Assembly: GCA_951406725.2 (NCBI GenBank)
Contig: OX597815.1
Span: forward strand, 51,770,001-51,834,000
Direction of reading: 5' to 3'
Source of the DNA: Octopus vulgaris
Taxonomy: Eukaryota
DNA length: 64,000 nt
A model generated the notes under the pieces. That model was not told where the DNA came from, did not search any database, and saw only the letters and a list, made by a program, of their open reading frames with translations. Below, one piece after another: positions 24,012-37,100 of this stretch. The stretch's first letter is position 1. The number at the start of each line of letters is the position of its first letter. A program made the translations under genes and the position numbers.

Positions 24012-25744
24012 GTGAGTACAAGATACACATCTACATAAACACACACACACACACGTGTGTGTATGTGCATATATATATATATGTGTGTGTGTGTATGCTT
24101 TAATTTGTTTTAATTCTATTTTTAAAATGTATTTTCCCTGTTGCTGTTCTAAAAATGTTTTCTTCCTTCTCTTTCTGCCAATGTTTTAATTATTTTATTT
24201 TGTTTGTTAAATATAAATTCATATTCCAGATTTTTTTAATATAAATTACCGCGGTACAAAAAGACAAACAAAAAAAAACTGAACTATCGTGGTGACAGGA
24301 AAATTAAAAATAAAGTATATTGAGCTACATTAATTCATTCACTTCGATGTATATTTTATTAGCAAAGACAGTGTTTTCTCTAATTCTTTTTCTAATTTTG
24401 TGATATTTTATAATAATAGTAGTTGTTGAGCTCAGATCAATCTTGATTACGAAGGCGTTCCAACCATAATCATCCCTACTTTTTGTACATCTAGGTCTGC
24501 ATATTGTATGGTTGGCATTTTAGTTATAAAATTAAGAATCATTGTTCTGTCTGATATATATATAAAGATATAAAATCATTATCGGCAATAGCATTAGCAA
24601 AAGCATGAATACCCTAACCTACCTCCTCTCCCTCTCTTTCAATCTGGAACTTAGGTAATTTATTCTCAGTTCCGTTATGCTTCTTGCTATCTGATAAATT
24701 ATTTTACCGTTGGAAATGTTCACGTATTTCTGAGCGCATACACACGTATTATCGGTGTCTTCGAAGAAAGAGCTGTTAGAAACCAAAACTCGCCTCACGA
24801 CACAACACGAAATTATAAATGTTTATCCTTTTTTATCCGACGCAGACTCTTACTTTTTTTCTCGGATTCTATATTTCTTTTTATTCACACTACTTACCAT
24901 CTGCTGCTATTTTCAGTTCTGTAATAAGCAAATTCTCTATTCACTGATATCATTTTGCACCACCTTTGTTGAGAAGATTCAACTTAGGTGGGCGACCTAT
25001 TCCAGACATCCACCAATATTTTGCCGAGGTCGATTTTTACCATTCATTCTGTAGGTTACATGTCGATTTAACGGACAAACCCCTCCCTCAAAGAAATTTA
25101 TAGATTTGTTTCGGGTAGAAATTATTTAAAAACAAAACCCTACACTTCTGGAACAAAAAAACAAAAGGAGCTTCTATCTATATAGTTGCTCAGCCTGCTT
25201 ACAATAGCAACCAGATTTCCCTCAGTAACATACTATCGTTTTGCATAACAAAAGGACACGTTGGACCTCCATACTCTGCTCGGTCAGGATTTGGCTTGGA
25301 GCTTAAAAGTAAATTTCTCTGTTTTCCACTTTACGCTTATGTCTATCAGCAAGGTGATGTACTTTTTAGATTGCAAACATCTGGTTTTAGAAATTAATAA
25401 CTTTACAAAATATGGATGAACTTTTTTACTTGCTTAATCTCGAAAAAATATGTTGCTATAGAGTGAGCAGATCGAAAACTGGTGTTTTATATATCATGGT
25501 ACAGTCAGTAAAGAAAATATCTCTATGAGGTTTTCTATTAAATGCCACGCGTTTTTAAAAACAGTTTTTGATGGTCTGAAGTTGATTTAAATAACCTAAC
25601 TTTTTGTATTGATTGTTTAAACAAAGAGCGCCTGATCTACCTGGCCTATAATCAAAAGCGAACCACCTCTTTTTAAATATTGTATATCTGGAACAACATT
25701 AACCAGATTGTCCTTCTTTTACTCTAAAACAGTAAGATATATAA

Positions 25745-25970
25745 TTTTGTTGTGACTAGGAAGAGTCATCATGCCAGTATAATTAACACACACACTGGCT
25801 CAATTCTACTCACTTACTAAATATCCGATTTGTCTTGTTTTTGTGCAAGCTCTTTCGTTACCTTTCTTGCAACCTTCTCAGTGACTTGCAAAAAGTCAAC
25901 GAAAGAGCTTTGACAAAAACAAGAAAAATCGGACATTTAGTTCCATGATGATTCTCCCTAGATACAAAAA
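25745..25970. repeat. Small fold-back / MITE-like inverted repeat
   Basis: actaaatatccgatttgtcttgtttttgtgcaagctctttcgtt is inverted as aacgaaagagctttgacaaaaacaagaaaaatcggacatttagt. Confidence 0.7.
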
Positions 25971-26267
25971 CTTGTTTCAACACGCGAATTCACATGAAGA
26001 ATCTTACAAACCAGATTAAAAAAAAGATATAATTAAATGGTGATTTAGCTGCCATTTCTGGCAGGATCGCGTAGCGGCTCCCTCGTTGGTCAAGATCGCT
26101 AAACGACAAATATGATCGATTCTGGCATAGGATTAGGAAACAAATTTAGGACTCTTTTCTAATGCATAATTTAACTGTATAGGACACCCGGTGACTCACC
26201 ATATATTCAAAGTTATACTATCTTTCTATTTACAATTCATTCAATATATTTCTCAGAATGTGATAGA

Positions 26268-26726
26268 TTAAGCGGTTAATATCTAGATCCGCACCCGGTG
26301 GGAAAAATGAGATCCGCACCCGGTGGGAAAAATGGAAACGAAAATGTGTAACAGTTGTAAGGCATCGTATATTGACGGAATAAGACGGGAAAAAAGCGCG
26401 CTGACAAACGGGGGGGGGGGGCTCGGGAAATTCCCAGGATCAACCGTAGAGGCAAAAATGGAAAAAAATATGTGTAACAGGTGTTTAAACGCATTTCACA
26501 CACATAGCCCAATGTCATAATTCAAAACTAACGCAGCGAAAATTTTGAAAAGTTCCCCCAGTTCTGAAAAAAATCGATAAATTCGACATGGGGTCGCGAA
26601 TCAGAAACACAATGGTGAAAATTGATGGTAAATTTTTCTTTAAATCGTAGGCAATTTTCCGAGCCCCCTCCCCCCGTTTGTCAGCGCGCTTTTTTTTCGT
26701 CATATTCCTTGATATTAACCGATTAA
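26268..26726. mobile_element. GC-rich MITE with TIRs and an internal ~25-bp tandem duplication
   Basis: aaaaaagcgcgctgacaaacgggggg vs cccccgtttgtcagcgcgcttttttt; ends cggttaatatc / gatattaaccg. Confidence 0.7.
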
Positions 26727-27502
26727 GCTTCCATACGGCACAAAACTGCCGCCCATCACACAAAGACACGTGTGTGTGTGTGTGTGTGTTGTAAAGCGTT
26801 AATTTGTTTTCGTAATTACTATATATAGATATTAAATACATCTTGAGAAAGCGGCCAGCTGGCAGAATCGTTAGCATGCCGGACAAAATGCTAAGCAGTA
26901 TTTCGTCCGTCTGTACGTTCTGAGTTCAAATTCCGCCGAGGTCCAAGTTGCCTTTCATGCTTTCGGGCTCGATAAAATAAGTACCATTTATGCACTGGAG
27001 TCGACGTAATCGACCTGCCCCCTCCCCCGAATTGCTGGCCATGTGTCAAAATTTAAAGTCAGTATATATGCTGGTAGGTTGAGACAGTGGGCCCCTTACT
27101 TTGTAGTATCTCTGTTTATATTTTACTTGTTTCAGTAATTAAACTGTGGCCTTGCTGGGCCACCGCCATGAATTTTAGTAGAACGAATCAATCCCAATAC
27201 TTTTTTTTCTTTTGAGCCAAATCACTAAGTTAGGGGATGTACACATTGACACCAGTCGTCAAGCGATGGTGGTGGGAGGCAAACCGGCACAAAGACATCC
27301 ATACGTGCAGACATGTGCTCACACACACACAAACAAAAATTTGTCTTTACTCTTTTCCTTTTTTGAAAAAAACAAAACAAAAACAAATGGAAGTCTGGAA
27401 AGAAATTCGTAAATTTTATTTTCCAGAATTCAAAGATTCAGTCTTCAGTGATGTGGTAAAGCTTACAAGGCTACAAAAGTTTGGGAAGAGAAGGGTAGAT
27501 TA

Positions 27503-27894
27503 GGTTTGAACGGCAGTTTTTCTAGCGCTGTCATATGAAATTGTCACCCATAATTATGACCCTAGTATCGATCTATTGCATTTCAATCTGTTTCAGGGTT
27601 AGGGGGAAGGGTATCTTTTTTTCTTCACAAATGTAAATAAACCCAATCTGTTTCTTAAATGAGGGACATATTCATAAGGCACAGAATGTTTTTTACCTCA
27701 ATAGATGTTATTGATTGGTTGAAATTGCAGAAATTGAAGAAAAAACAACAAATATCTTACAAACTATAGAATTTTCTCAATAAAGCTAAGAGAAAAAGAT
27801 GTTTTATAAACACATTCTGCCAGTATACGAAGTTTAAAATTTCTTAGTTACCTAGAAATTATGTTAAAAACTGCCGTTCAAACCGAAAAGATCC
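27503..27894. mobile_element. MITE
   Basis: TIR ggtttgaacggcagttttt / aaaaactgccgttcaaacc; flanking direct repeat tagattag (27496-27503 / 27895-27902). Confidence 0.8.
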
Positions 27895-28304
27895 TAGATT
27901 AGTTCCACTTTATTCAATACTTGATTGTTATTTATCAACTCAGCAAGGTTGAAATCAGTCAACCCCCAACAGAATTTTAACTTATTTTGATCAACCCTGA
28001 AGGGATGAAAGGCCAAAATGACTTTGACAGGATTTGAACTCAAAATGTAGAGACCTGAGGAAAAAAATTGCAGTATTTTTATATATCTTTATTTGATGCT
28101 CAACTCACTGCCCTACTACCAATGGCCCAAGAGGAAGCATCGATATAATTGCTTGACCTGCTACAACTAATGGACGGATCTTAAATGACATGCTACTCTC
28201 TTGAAAAAGAAAGCATACATTGTATAATAGTTGTAAATATACAAAAGAAAAACACCGGATAGTTATTGTTGGAATGCCTTCGATCACAAATCTGCTCATA
28301 AGCA

Positions 28305-28670
28305 CAGACGTGGCTATGTGGTAAGAAGTTTGCTTCTCAACCACACTGTTCTGAGTCCAGTCCCTCTCCATGGCACCTTGGATAAGTGTCTTCTCGAGCT
28401 TCAGCCCAACCAAGGCTTTGTGAGCAGATTTGGTAGACAAACTGAAAGAAGCTCATCATTTGTGCATGTGTGTGTCTGTGTTTGTCTCCCATCACCACTT
28501 GACAACTGGTGTTGGTGTGTTTATGTCCCTGTAACGGTTTGGCAAAAGAGGCAATAGAATAAGTATTAAACTTTAAAAAAATAAGTACTGAAGTCAATTC
28601 AGTTGACTAAAATTCTTCAAGGCAGTGCCCCAACATGGCTGCTGTCTAATGACTGAAACAAATGAAAGAT
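28305..28670 (+). mobile_element. tRNA-derived SINE (gtggctgtgtggtaag family)
   Basis: Homologous to 40805-41195. Confidence 0.85.
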
Positions 28671-28699
28671 AGTCCAACCCGGGAGTTAACAATATGTGA

Positions 28700-29026
28700 T
28701 GGCAAAGCGTTGCCTTACTGACACTTGTGCTGATGGCACGTGAAAAAACATTCAAGCGAGGTCATTGCCAGTGCCGCTGGGCTGGCTCCTATGCAGGTGG
28801 CACGTAAAAAACATCATTTGAGCGTGGCTGTTGCCAGTACCGCCTGACTGGCATGTAAAAGCAACCACTACACTCACAGTGGTTGGCGTTAGGAAGGGCA
28901 TCCAGCTGTAGAAACTCTGCCAGATCAGATTGGAGCCTGGTGCAGCCATCTGGCTCACCAGACCTCAGTCAAATCATCCAACCCATGCTAGCATGGAAAG
29001 TGGACGTTAAACGATGATGATGATGA
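28700..29026 (+). mobile_element. LINE 3' end fragment with (GAT)n tail
   Basis: ccaacccatgctagcatggaaagtggacgttaaacgatgatg, shared with the RT-bearing copy at 35728-36492. Confidence 0.85.
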
Positions 29027-29814
29027 CGTAAAACAATTTTCTTGGTTTCTGAATATCTTGAAATATTGATGTTAATATTGTACCAATGTTTTTGATGACT
29101 AACTTAGTAAAAGTTCGTGTTTAAATGTCATACTAAATTTTATATTTAATATTGTTGGATGTATATTCATTGATTTCCTCTTTCGATAAGATCTTTTGTT
29201 TATATCAATAACTCAGACCTAAAGTCTGAAGACAACCTTGGTACTTCCCTTGTTAGTAGTATTTAAGCTATGCTACAAAGCTGATCTAATTAAATGTGGA
29301 GAGAAACACCACATGATTAGTGTCAATGGATGGAAGAGGTTTAGGAACTTGTGGCTGGACAGTGATATATGTTCAGTATAATGTCGTATATTAACATATA
29401 AATGATGGAATAGTGATTATTGTTTCTTAGTCCTAGATTAGTGCTACCTAAATATGTGTATGGTCAAAATATATTCAGACCATGATGAACTTATTTCTCA
29501 GGCATTTCATACTTTGGAGTAACTACATTATCCAACTAGACTTATTATGTGTAGGATCCTGTAACAAGTTGTCCATTGATTTGTTGAAATTTGGAAATAT
29601 AGATGTTGAATGTGAGTAAATATATGATTCATATCATTATCAGATGTTTGTTTTTTTACAATGATGTTGAAGATTATTAAGAAAGTTCTCAAGAAATGCT
29701 TGGGACATTGTCATTTGATCCAACTACGAAAATTTAGGTCTTACAGTTGAAATGACATATTGTGGATTGCAGAGATTCATAGTCTTAACGCTTTCTAAAA
29801 AAAATGAGACTGAC

Positions 29815-30104
29815 TACCATGATTTGAATGGCTGTCTATATTTCTCATTTACTGCATTCAGTTAATAAAAAACTCAAATCTCTTGGTAATTGGTATAAAT
29901 TAATGTAGTTGAAAGAAAATAGCTGTTTATATTAAGATAAATTCTGTAGCAAATGAGTTTTTTTTTTTATTACCATGATGTGAATGGCTGTCTATATGTT
30001 TTTCATTTACTGCGTCCAGAACATAAAAAAACTCAAATCTCTTGGAGATTGGTATAAATTAGTGTAGTGGAAAGAAAACAGCTGTTTATATTAAGATAAA
30101 TTCT
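29815..30104. repeat. Two diverged direct copies of a ~130-bp unit (period 156)
   Basis: taccatgat.tgaatggctgtctatat...gctgtttatattaagataaattct at 29815 and 29971. Confidence 0.9.
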
Positions 30105-31009
30105 ATACAAAAATATTTTTTCTCTAACATTGATTTATTTCTAAGTTTTTTAACGTGTTGAAATTGTGGAAATAAGTGTTCTGTAGAAACGTCTACCTAC
30201 TTATGATTTGTGGATAAAGAATTGAGATTGTAATACTTTTCACAATTAGTTAACATTAGAAGGATAACTGAATTTTGAAATCTCCACTCATGCATCATAT
30301 TCTGTTAGTGGTATAAGTCATTATCCTGGGCCTACTTGGATGTATAAATATACATCATCATCATCATCATTTAGTGTCCATTTTCCATGCTGGAATGCAG
30401 ACAGGTTGACTGGAGATAGTAAACTGGAGAGCTGCAGCAGGCTCCAGTTTGTTTTGGCTTGGTTTCTACTGCTGGATGCTCTTCCTAATGACAACTACTC
30501 CACAGAGTGTGCTGGGTGCTATTATATTGTCAATTCTATTCTTAACTAATTTTTCTCTTTATAAGTTAGTGAAAGGATATGGAGCAAGGACATGGGCCTA
30601 CTAAAGTCATGTGAGTAATCTGTTAAACATTTGTAGGTCAATATCTATCAGTATGAGATGATTGAGAAGTTGGCTGGATGCATTCCAGAGAGTATTAATT
30701 CTGGGTAGTAACACTTTCTCTACAGAATGTTTTGTGAAGAATCTGGGATGTGAAGATGCATGGTAATAGTTGGAGAGAATCTGCAGTTATTTAGTTTTAG
30801 AGGAACATTGGCAGAGAGAGAAGACAATGAGAAGGCAAGTGGTTGGTTAGTGAATTATTAATAATCAGCCGAATGGCATTGTTTGGGATGTTGTCCAGAA
30901 TATTTTTGTAAACAGCAGTAACTGTCTCATATGTCAGAGCAGACAGACTGATCTAAGTTCTAGTGTATGTTGGATGAATTACAAAATGTTCATAATTTTT
31001 TTATATAAA

Positions 31010-31380
31010 AACTAATTTCTTTATTTCTTGTGTCAGTCATTAAACTGTGGCCATGCTGGGGCACTGCCTTGAAGAAATTTATTTGAACAAATCAACTGCA
31101 GTATTTTTTTTTTTAAAAACCTGGTACTTTTTCTATTGCTCTTTTTTGCCAAACTGCTAAATTATGGAGAAGTAAATACATCAACACCAATAGTCAAGCA
31201 ATGATGAGCGACAAACACACACACGCGACAGGCTTATTTCAGTTTTTGTCTACAAATCCACTCACAAAGCTTTGGTTGGGCTGAAGCTATAGTAGGAAAC
31301 ACTTGACCAGGGTGCCACATAGTGTGACTGAACTTGGAAACATGGTTGGGAGGCAAACATCTTTCCACACAGCCATGCCT
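31010..31380 (-). mobile_element. tRNA-derived SINE
   Basis: Homologous to 40805-41195. Confidence 0.8.
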
Positions 31381-31699
31381 TTGTCTAACTTTTGAAAATA
31401 AAAATTTTAATCTCTGGAGTTAACTTAGTTCTATGATATAAAACCTTACTGTTTTAAAAAATTTATCTATAAATTAAAATCTACATTCATGATTTCATGT
31501 AAAAACATTTTTGTTGATTCATATTGTAAACCTCGGCTGAATATTGGAATAGGTAGTTACCTTACTAAATCTTTTCAACTCTTGATTATTTTCAAAATTA
31601 GTGAAACTCATCAGCAATGTATTTCATGTAAAATCTGCTTAAAAAGGGTTAATGAAAATTGAAATAAATCTCCTGTATTTTACAAGTATTCAATTTTAG

Positions 31700-31811
31700 G
31701 GCAGACAAATTTACTATTATTTTCATGGAAGCTATGTACAAATATCTTTATTGGTTTGATATCTTCTGGCTAACTTTCATACTGCACTGGCAAGAGAGAG
31801 GAACCAGAGGT
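31700..31811 (+). other. Candidate SUGP1 leader exon (112 nt) carrying most of an upstream ORF
   Basis: caattttAG acceptor, GTAAGT donor; only one of three frames is open, and it matches the phase left by the microexon. Confidence 0.5.
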
Positions 31812-33340
31812 GTAAGTATTAGGGGTCAGAACTATAAATGACCTTTACATTAAAGTGCGACTAAAATACAATGTTCTTAGCATTTGTGGATACAACTGAA
31901 ATTGTTCAGGAAGACATGGGATGAGTTGGCGAAATATGATCTTCAGTTGTTGAGTCTTGCAGAGGTGATGACAAGCAAGCAAGACACCTGGTGATTTGCT
32001 GTACGTGAGAGAATTCGTCAAGCTAAGTGAAATCGTGCTCATGGCCAGTGACAGTGACACATAAAAGACATTCAGTACACTCTGTAAAGTTGTTGGCATT
32101 AGGAAGAGCATCCAGTCATAGAAACCAAACCAAAACAGACAACTGGAGCCTGTGGCAGCTGTCCAGCTTACCCATGCAGGCATGGAAAATGGACATTAAA
32201 TGTTGTGTACTGTCAGCTGAAACACAATTGATTTTTTTTTTTTTTAAAGTTTAGTGTGCCAAAAGACTGGAAAGGTCTTCACTTATAGTCCAACCCATGC
32301 TAGCATGGAAAGCGGACGTTAAATGATGATGATGATGAGTGTTGGTTTTCATAAATACCAGTCTTTAGGATATTGGTGTTAAGTTTTAAAAAAATTTATC
32401 TTTTAACTGTTTTGGTCATGAGACTACGGTCATGCTGGGACACCACATTGAAGAACTTTTAATCAAATGATTCGACCCCAGAACCTGTTTTTTTTTTTTT
32501 TAAAGCCTAGTACTTAGTCTATCAAACTGCTAAGTTACAAGGATGTAAACAAACCAACACAGGTTGTTAACCAGTGGTGTGGGATAAACATAGGTACAGA
32601 CACATACACACATACAAGGGACTTCTTTCAGTTTCTGTCTACCAAATCCACTCACAAGGCTTTGGTTGGCCAGTAGGTACTACTCAGTGGGACGGAACCC
32701 AGAACCATGTAGTTGAGTGATTAGTTTTAGAGAAACTGTTTTGATGGAGAGAAATCTTTTTAACCCTTTAGCATTCAGATTACTCTGTCAAAAGTTATGC
32801 TTATTTATTCAGTTTTCAAAATTTCTGTGATGTGATTGTTTATTTTTGGTATTACATTCTAGGGTTGGTGTGAGTTACTAAATCTGATGTTTGAATATAA
32901 AATAGAATATTTTGGCCAGATATGGCTCTTAAGAGCATTAGTATATAAAGTTTATAAGAGGGAGATAAGTTGTGAAATAATGGTGCTGTATAAGAAAATT
33001 ATGGTTTGAATCTCTTTTTCTCTTTCTTTTTAAGTAACACCTATTATATTGCAACATTGTCCCTTTTAAACTGTGTAATGGTCACCAATTTATGATTGGT
33101 TCCTATTGTAATTAGTAAAGTATTATCAAAATTTGTATAGCAATTATATTAGCAATGTGAATGGTATGTAAATTCGAATATTGAAAATTTGTCATTTTAA
33201 GGTAGGCTTGAAAAAAATGCAATTTAGACTAATTTGAGAAGCAACAGTTCTGTCAGGAATTAGCAAATCTTCTAATGAGTGATGTATTTGTTTATACCCT
33301 TCTAATTAGAAGAGTCAAACAAATGATGATACAACAAACT

Positions 33341-33564
33341 TTAACCCTTTTGTTACCATGTTTATGTTGACATATGCTGCTTTTGTTTCAATTACTTAAT
33401 TTTGAAGATAATGAAGAATTTAGTAAAACAACTTTCTCATTATTAAGTTGGAGTCTGGAGCAAATTAACAGAATTTTAATGGAAGATTATAATTTAAACA
33501 ACTTTAAAAGTTTCTGTCATAGAACTCTAGACGATCTCAAGCAGGTTGGTATCAAAAGGGTTAA
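33341..33564. mobile_element. TTAA-flanked MITE
   Basis: ttaacccttttgttacca ... tggtatcaaaagggttaa; related copy at ~52838-53034. Confidence 0.75.
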
Positions 33565-33894
33565 GGGAGATAAGGCCAAGTAGATGTATTGGAAGCATCA
33601 CACTAAGTTTTATATAAACTGTTCTGATCTCTTAATGGATTCAAAATCTATTTCAACTTGGAATTTATTATACAGAACTATGAAAATTTCTATTTCTGAT
33701 TTTGTGTAGAAATATATTTATTCATGTGTAATCATGCTTATCATAAAATATTATTGTTGATATTTCAACTAAATTTGTTATTTGCTTATCTTCCATACAT
33801 CACACTTGCATACACAATGACTTCTGTCTATGCTATTTTAAGCAATTTTAAGGACAGAATTGTTTAACATTATTTTTCCTTGGAATATTTCCAG

Positions 33895-34178
33895 ATTTTT
33901 CATTGAATAATGTCTCGACTTGGTGGCAACAACCTTAGTCCTGCCACTAGTTGTGGTAATTCTGCTCCAGGCTCTGGTAACACATCAAATTACTATGGCA
34001 CAAGCCTCCGTGAGAAGATGAAACAAATGTCCAGACAGGAGCAAATCATTGAAGAAAAGAAGCGCAAAATACAACAAAAGCTAGAAGATGAAATGAAAAA
34101 TCTGTCTTCTGAGAAGATATCAGATTCTAGTGGTTCTGCTCCTGGAACTAACCTTGCTAATAAATTTAAATCAAAACT
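33895..34178 (+). CDS. SUGP1: SUGP1 first coding exon (ATG 33910)
   Basis: ttccAG acceptor, in-frame TGA just upstream of the ATG, GTAAGT donor. Confidence 0.88.
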
Positions 34179-37100
34179 GTAAGTTGACATTTTAGGAGTT
34201 GTATGACCAATTTTCCTTTTTATTTCAATTTATCAATAACACTCAACTTTTTTTTACAAATTCAACTGTGTTTTTAAAATTAATATTTGTTTGGCACAAA
34301 TTTTATAGTTTTGTGATCAGAACCATTGACCATGATGGCAATTTTCTTTTGTTGGCTAGAACAGTGTGTTTTTTTTTCTTTATAAGGTAAATAGAGGAGA
34401 ATTTGGCTTCTACATTTAGTGGGATGAGTGACTGTGTAAAGCCAACTTTGTTGAGTTGTTACTGTTTTGAAGGAATTGATTGCAGTTCCTCTGAAAACAT
34501 ACAAAAGGAATTTCAAAAATGTTTATATTTGTATTCTTTTCTTTGCTAATGATTAGAAACAGTAAAAGAGTACCGTGGCTTGGTTCTGCCATTTCAAATG
34601 TTTACTGTTTGAATTGGATCTTTTACAACAAATGTAAATTGAAATGCCACCTACTTTGCTTGCCTTGGCTCTTAATCAACCAATCATTTGTGTTTATATC
34701 ATGAAGGAAACCAACTCTTCAATGCCTTGTTCTAGGATTTGTTTATTTCAGGATATTGGCTGTGATAATCTGCTTTTGATATTTCCATCTTGGGGAGAAC
34801 CACTCTGTAGATGAATTATCTTGAGTTTCAGAATGCTATATAGTTTGAAAGTAGTAATGTATTCTGCTTGACATGATTTATGATTTGGTGCTTATAAATT
34901 CACTGTTTTGATAAATGTTTTTTATAATCAAGTGTTTACAATCATTCATGATAGAGTAGTCTTAAGAATAATTGACACTCCCCCACTGCCAATTCTTTCT
35001 GTGCCTGTATCTATGCTTGTGTGAACACATATACTTTGTATATTTGTATGTACTGTGCTGCATGTATATGAATGTGTGTATTTTACTTTTCTTTTCATAA
35101 GATTTGGTAAAAGACCATCTTTACTGAAAAAGTACACAGACTTGAAAAAGCCCAAAGTTGAAATCGAGGGTTTACCAACTGTGTCTCCACTTAACCCTGT
35201 AGTTACCACAGCCAGTCAGGATATGTTTGTCAATGATGGCAGCTTTCTGGAAAGGTTCAAGAAACTTCAGGGACTTGTGCGTAAGTGCTGTATATTTTTC
35301 TTTCTTGCTGGTAGCTAAATATTGAGGCCAATAATTTTTGAGACTGACAAATATCAGGAGAGTAATGGCTATGGTTGAAATGATAAATGATTAGCCAATA
35401 GTATTTGTATAAGATTGCTGATATAGTTACAAGTTTGCAAATTGTTAACCCTGTGTTAGTCACTTCAGATTTCCAAAAATGGATAGTCCCCTGGAGCCTA
35501 AACACATCCCAATACAAAAATGCTTAAAGCATTACAATTATGTAAAATATTGTCATACTGCTGAAAAAAGTAACATAACAGGCAATCTCTGTCACAATAT
35601 ACATTAAATCAAAACTTGAACTGAAGATATATTTATTCATTGAATGAAAACTATAATAAATTTTTTGCATAAATATATGTTGTAAATTGTAGGTGAAACA
35701 CAGCAAACCAATAATAGAGAAAAGTTTTCATCATCATTTAACATCCGTTTTCCATGCTAGCATGGATTGGACGGTTCAACTGGGGTCTGGGAAGCCAGAA
35801 GGCTGTGCCAGGCCCAGTCTGATCTGGCAGTGTTTCTACAGCTGGATACCCTTCCTAACGCCAACCACTCCGTGAGTGTAGTAGGTGCTTTTTACGTGCC
35901 ACCTGCACAAGTGCCAGACAAGGCTGGCAAACAGCCACGATCAGATGGTGCTTTTTACGTGCCACTGGCACTGGTATCACAGCTACAATTTCCATTGATG
36001 TTGATTGATTTCGATTTTCGCTTGCCTCAACAGGTCTTCACAAGTAGGGTTTGTGTCACAAGAAGGAAAGGTATGCATAAGTGGGCTGGCTACGTCCCAG
36101 GTAGAGGCCACGGGTTATGGTCTCACTTGTCCTGCCGGGTCTTCCCACGCACAGCATGCTTCCAATGGTCTTGGTCTCTGGTCATTTCCTCGGTGAGACC
36201 TAAAGTTCGAAGGTCATGCTTCACCACCTCATCCCAGGTTTTCCTGGGTCTACCTCTTCCACAGGTTCCCTCAACCGCTAGGGTGTGGCACTTTTTCACA
36301 CAACTATCTTCATCCATTCTCGCTACATGACCATACCAGTGCAAACGTCTCTCTTGCACACCACAACTGATGCTTCTTAGGTCCAACTTTTCTCTCAAGG
36401 TACTTACACTCTGTCGAGTATGAATACTGACATTACACATCTATCGGAGCATACTAGCTTCATTTCTTGCAAGCTTATCCATATCCTCAGCAGTATAGAG
36501 AAAAGCAATAGAGAAAAGTTTTATTCATCAAAAATAGCTACAATATATTTCCATGAATTGAAATGGAAGGAAAAATCAATGTGAGCTCATTATGTAGCCA
36601 TTACCATTCGCTGATTCACCATTGGTTGAAGACAAAGCAAAGTCTGCCTCCTACGACAACTGAGCTACAATTGCGCCACTGCACAGTTGCACACCCTCAC
36701 TGAATCAGGAGAGTGGTGGGAGAGCACAAAAGAAAAAAGTTGCCAACTAGGAATTATGAGCACTTAAAATTTTGGTGTAACAAAATATCCCAAATGAGTA
36801 ATGCAGAGTTAGAAAATAACTATTCAGCTATAATTAACTCTTGGTGACCTTGTAAAAGAAACAACTATTTAATTTTCAGAGATTAAATACTCTAGATTTG
36901 TTTTCCATAACATGCTCAAGATATGAATATGTTCTAGTAATAGTAAATGAATAGACATGACTTAGAAGTGTGATCCTTGTGGCTGTTTTCTCATGTGTTC
37001 ATTATATTATGTAAGAGCTGGTTTTGTATTTGATTTTTTTTTTTTCATGAATATCTTTTAAGCATTTTTTATTCTATCATAGAGTACAGTTGGGTCTATC

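Noticed and set aside
29502-29611. AG...GTGAGT-bounded 110-nt segment as another leader exon
   Set aside because: Plausible signals but a short pyrimidine tract and no independent support; such pairs arise by chance in AT-rich introns
35767-36330. 187-aa plus-strand ORF
   Set aside because: Antisense reading of a LINE fragment
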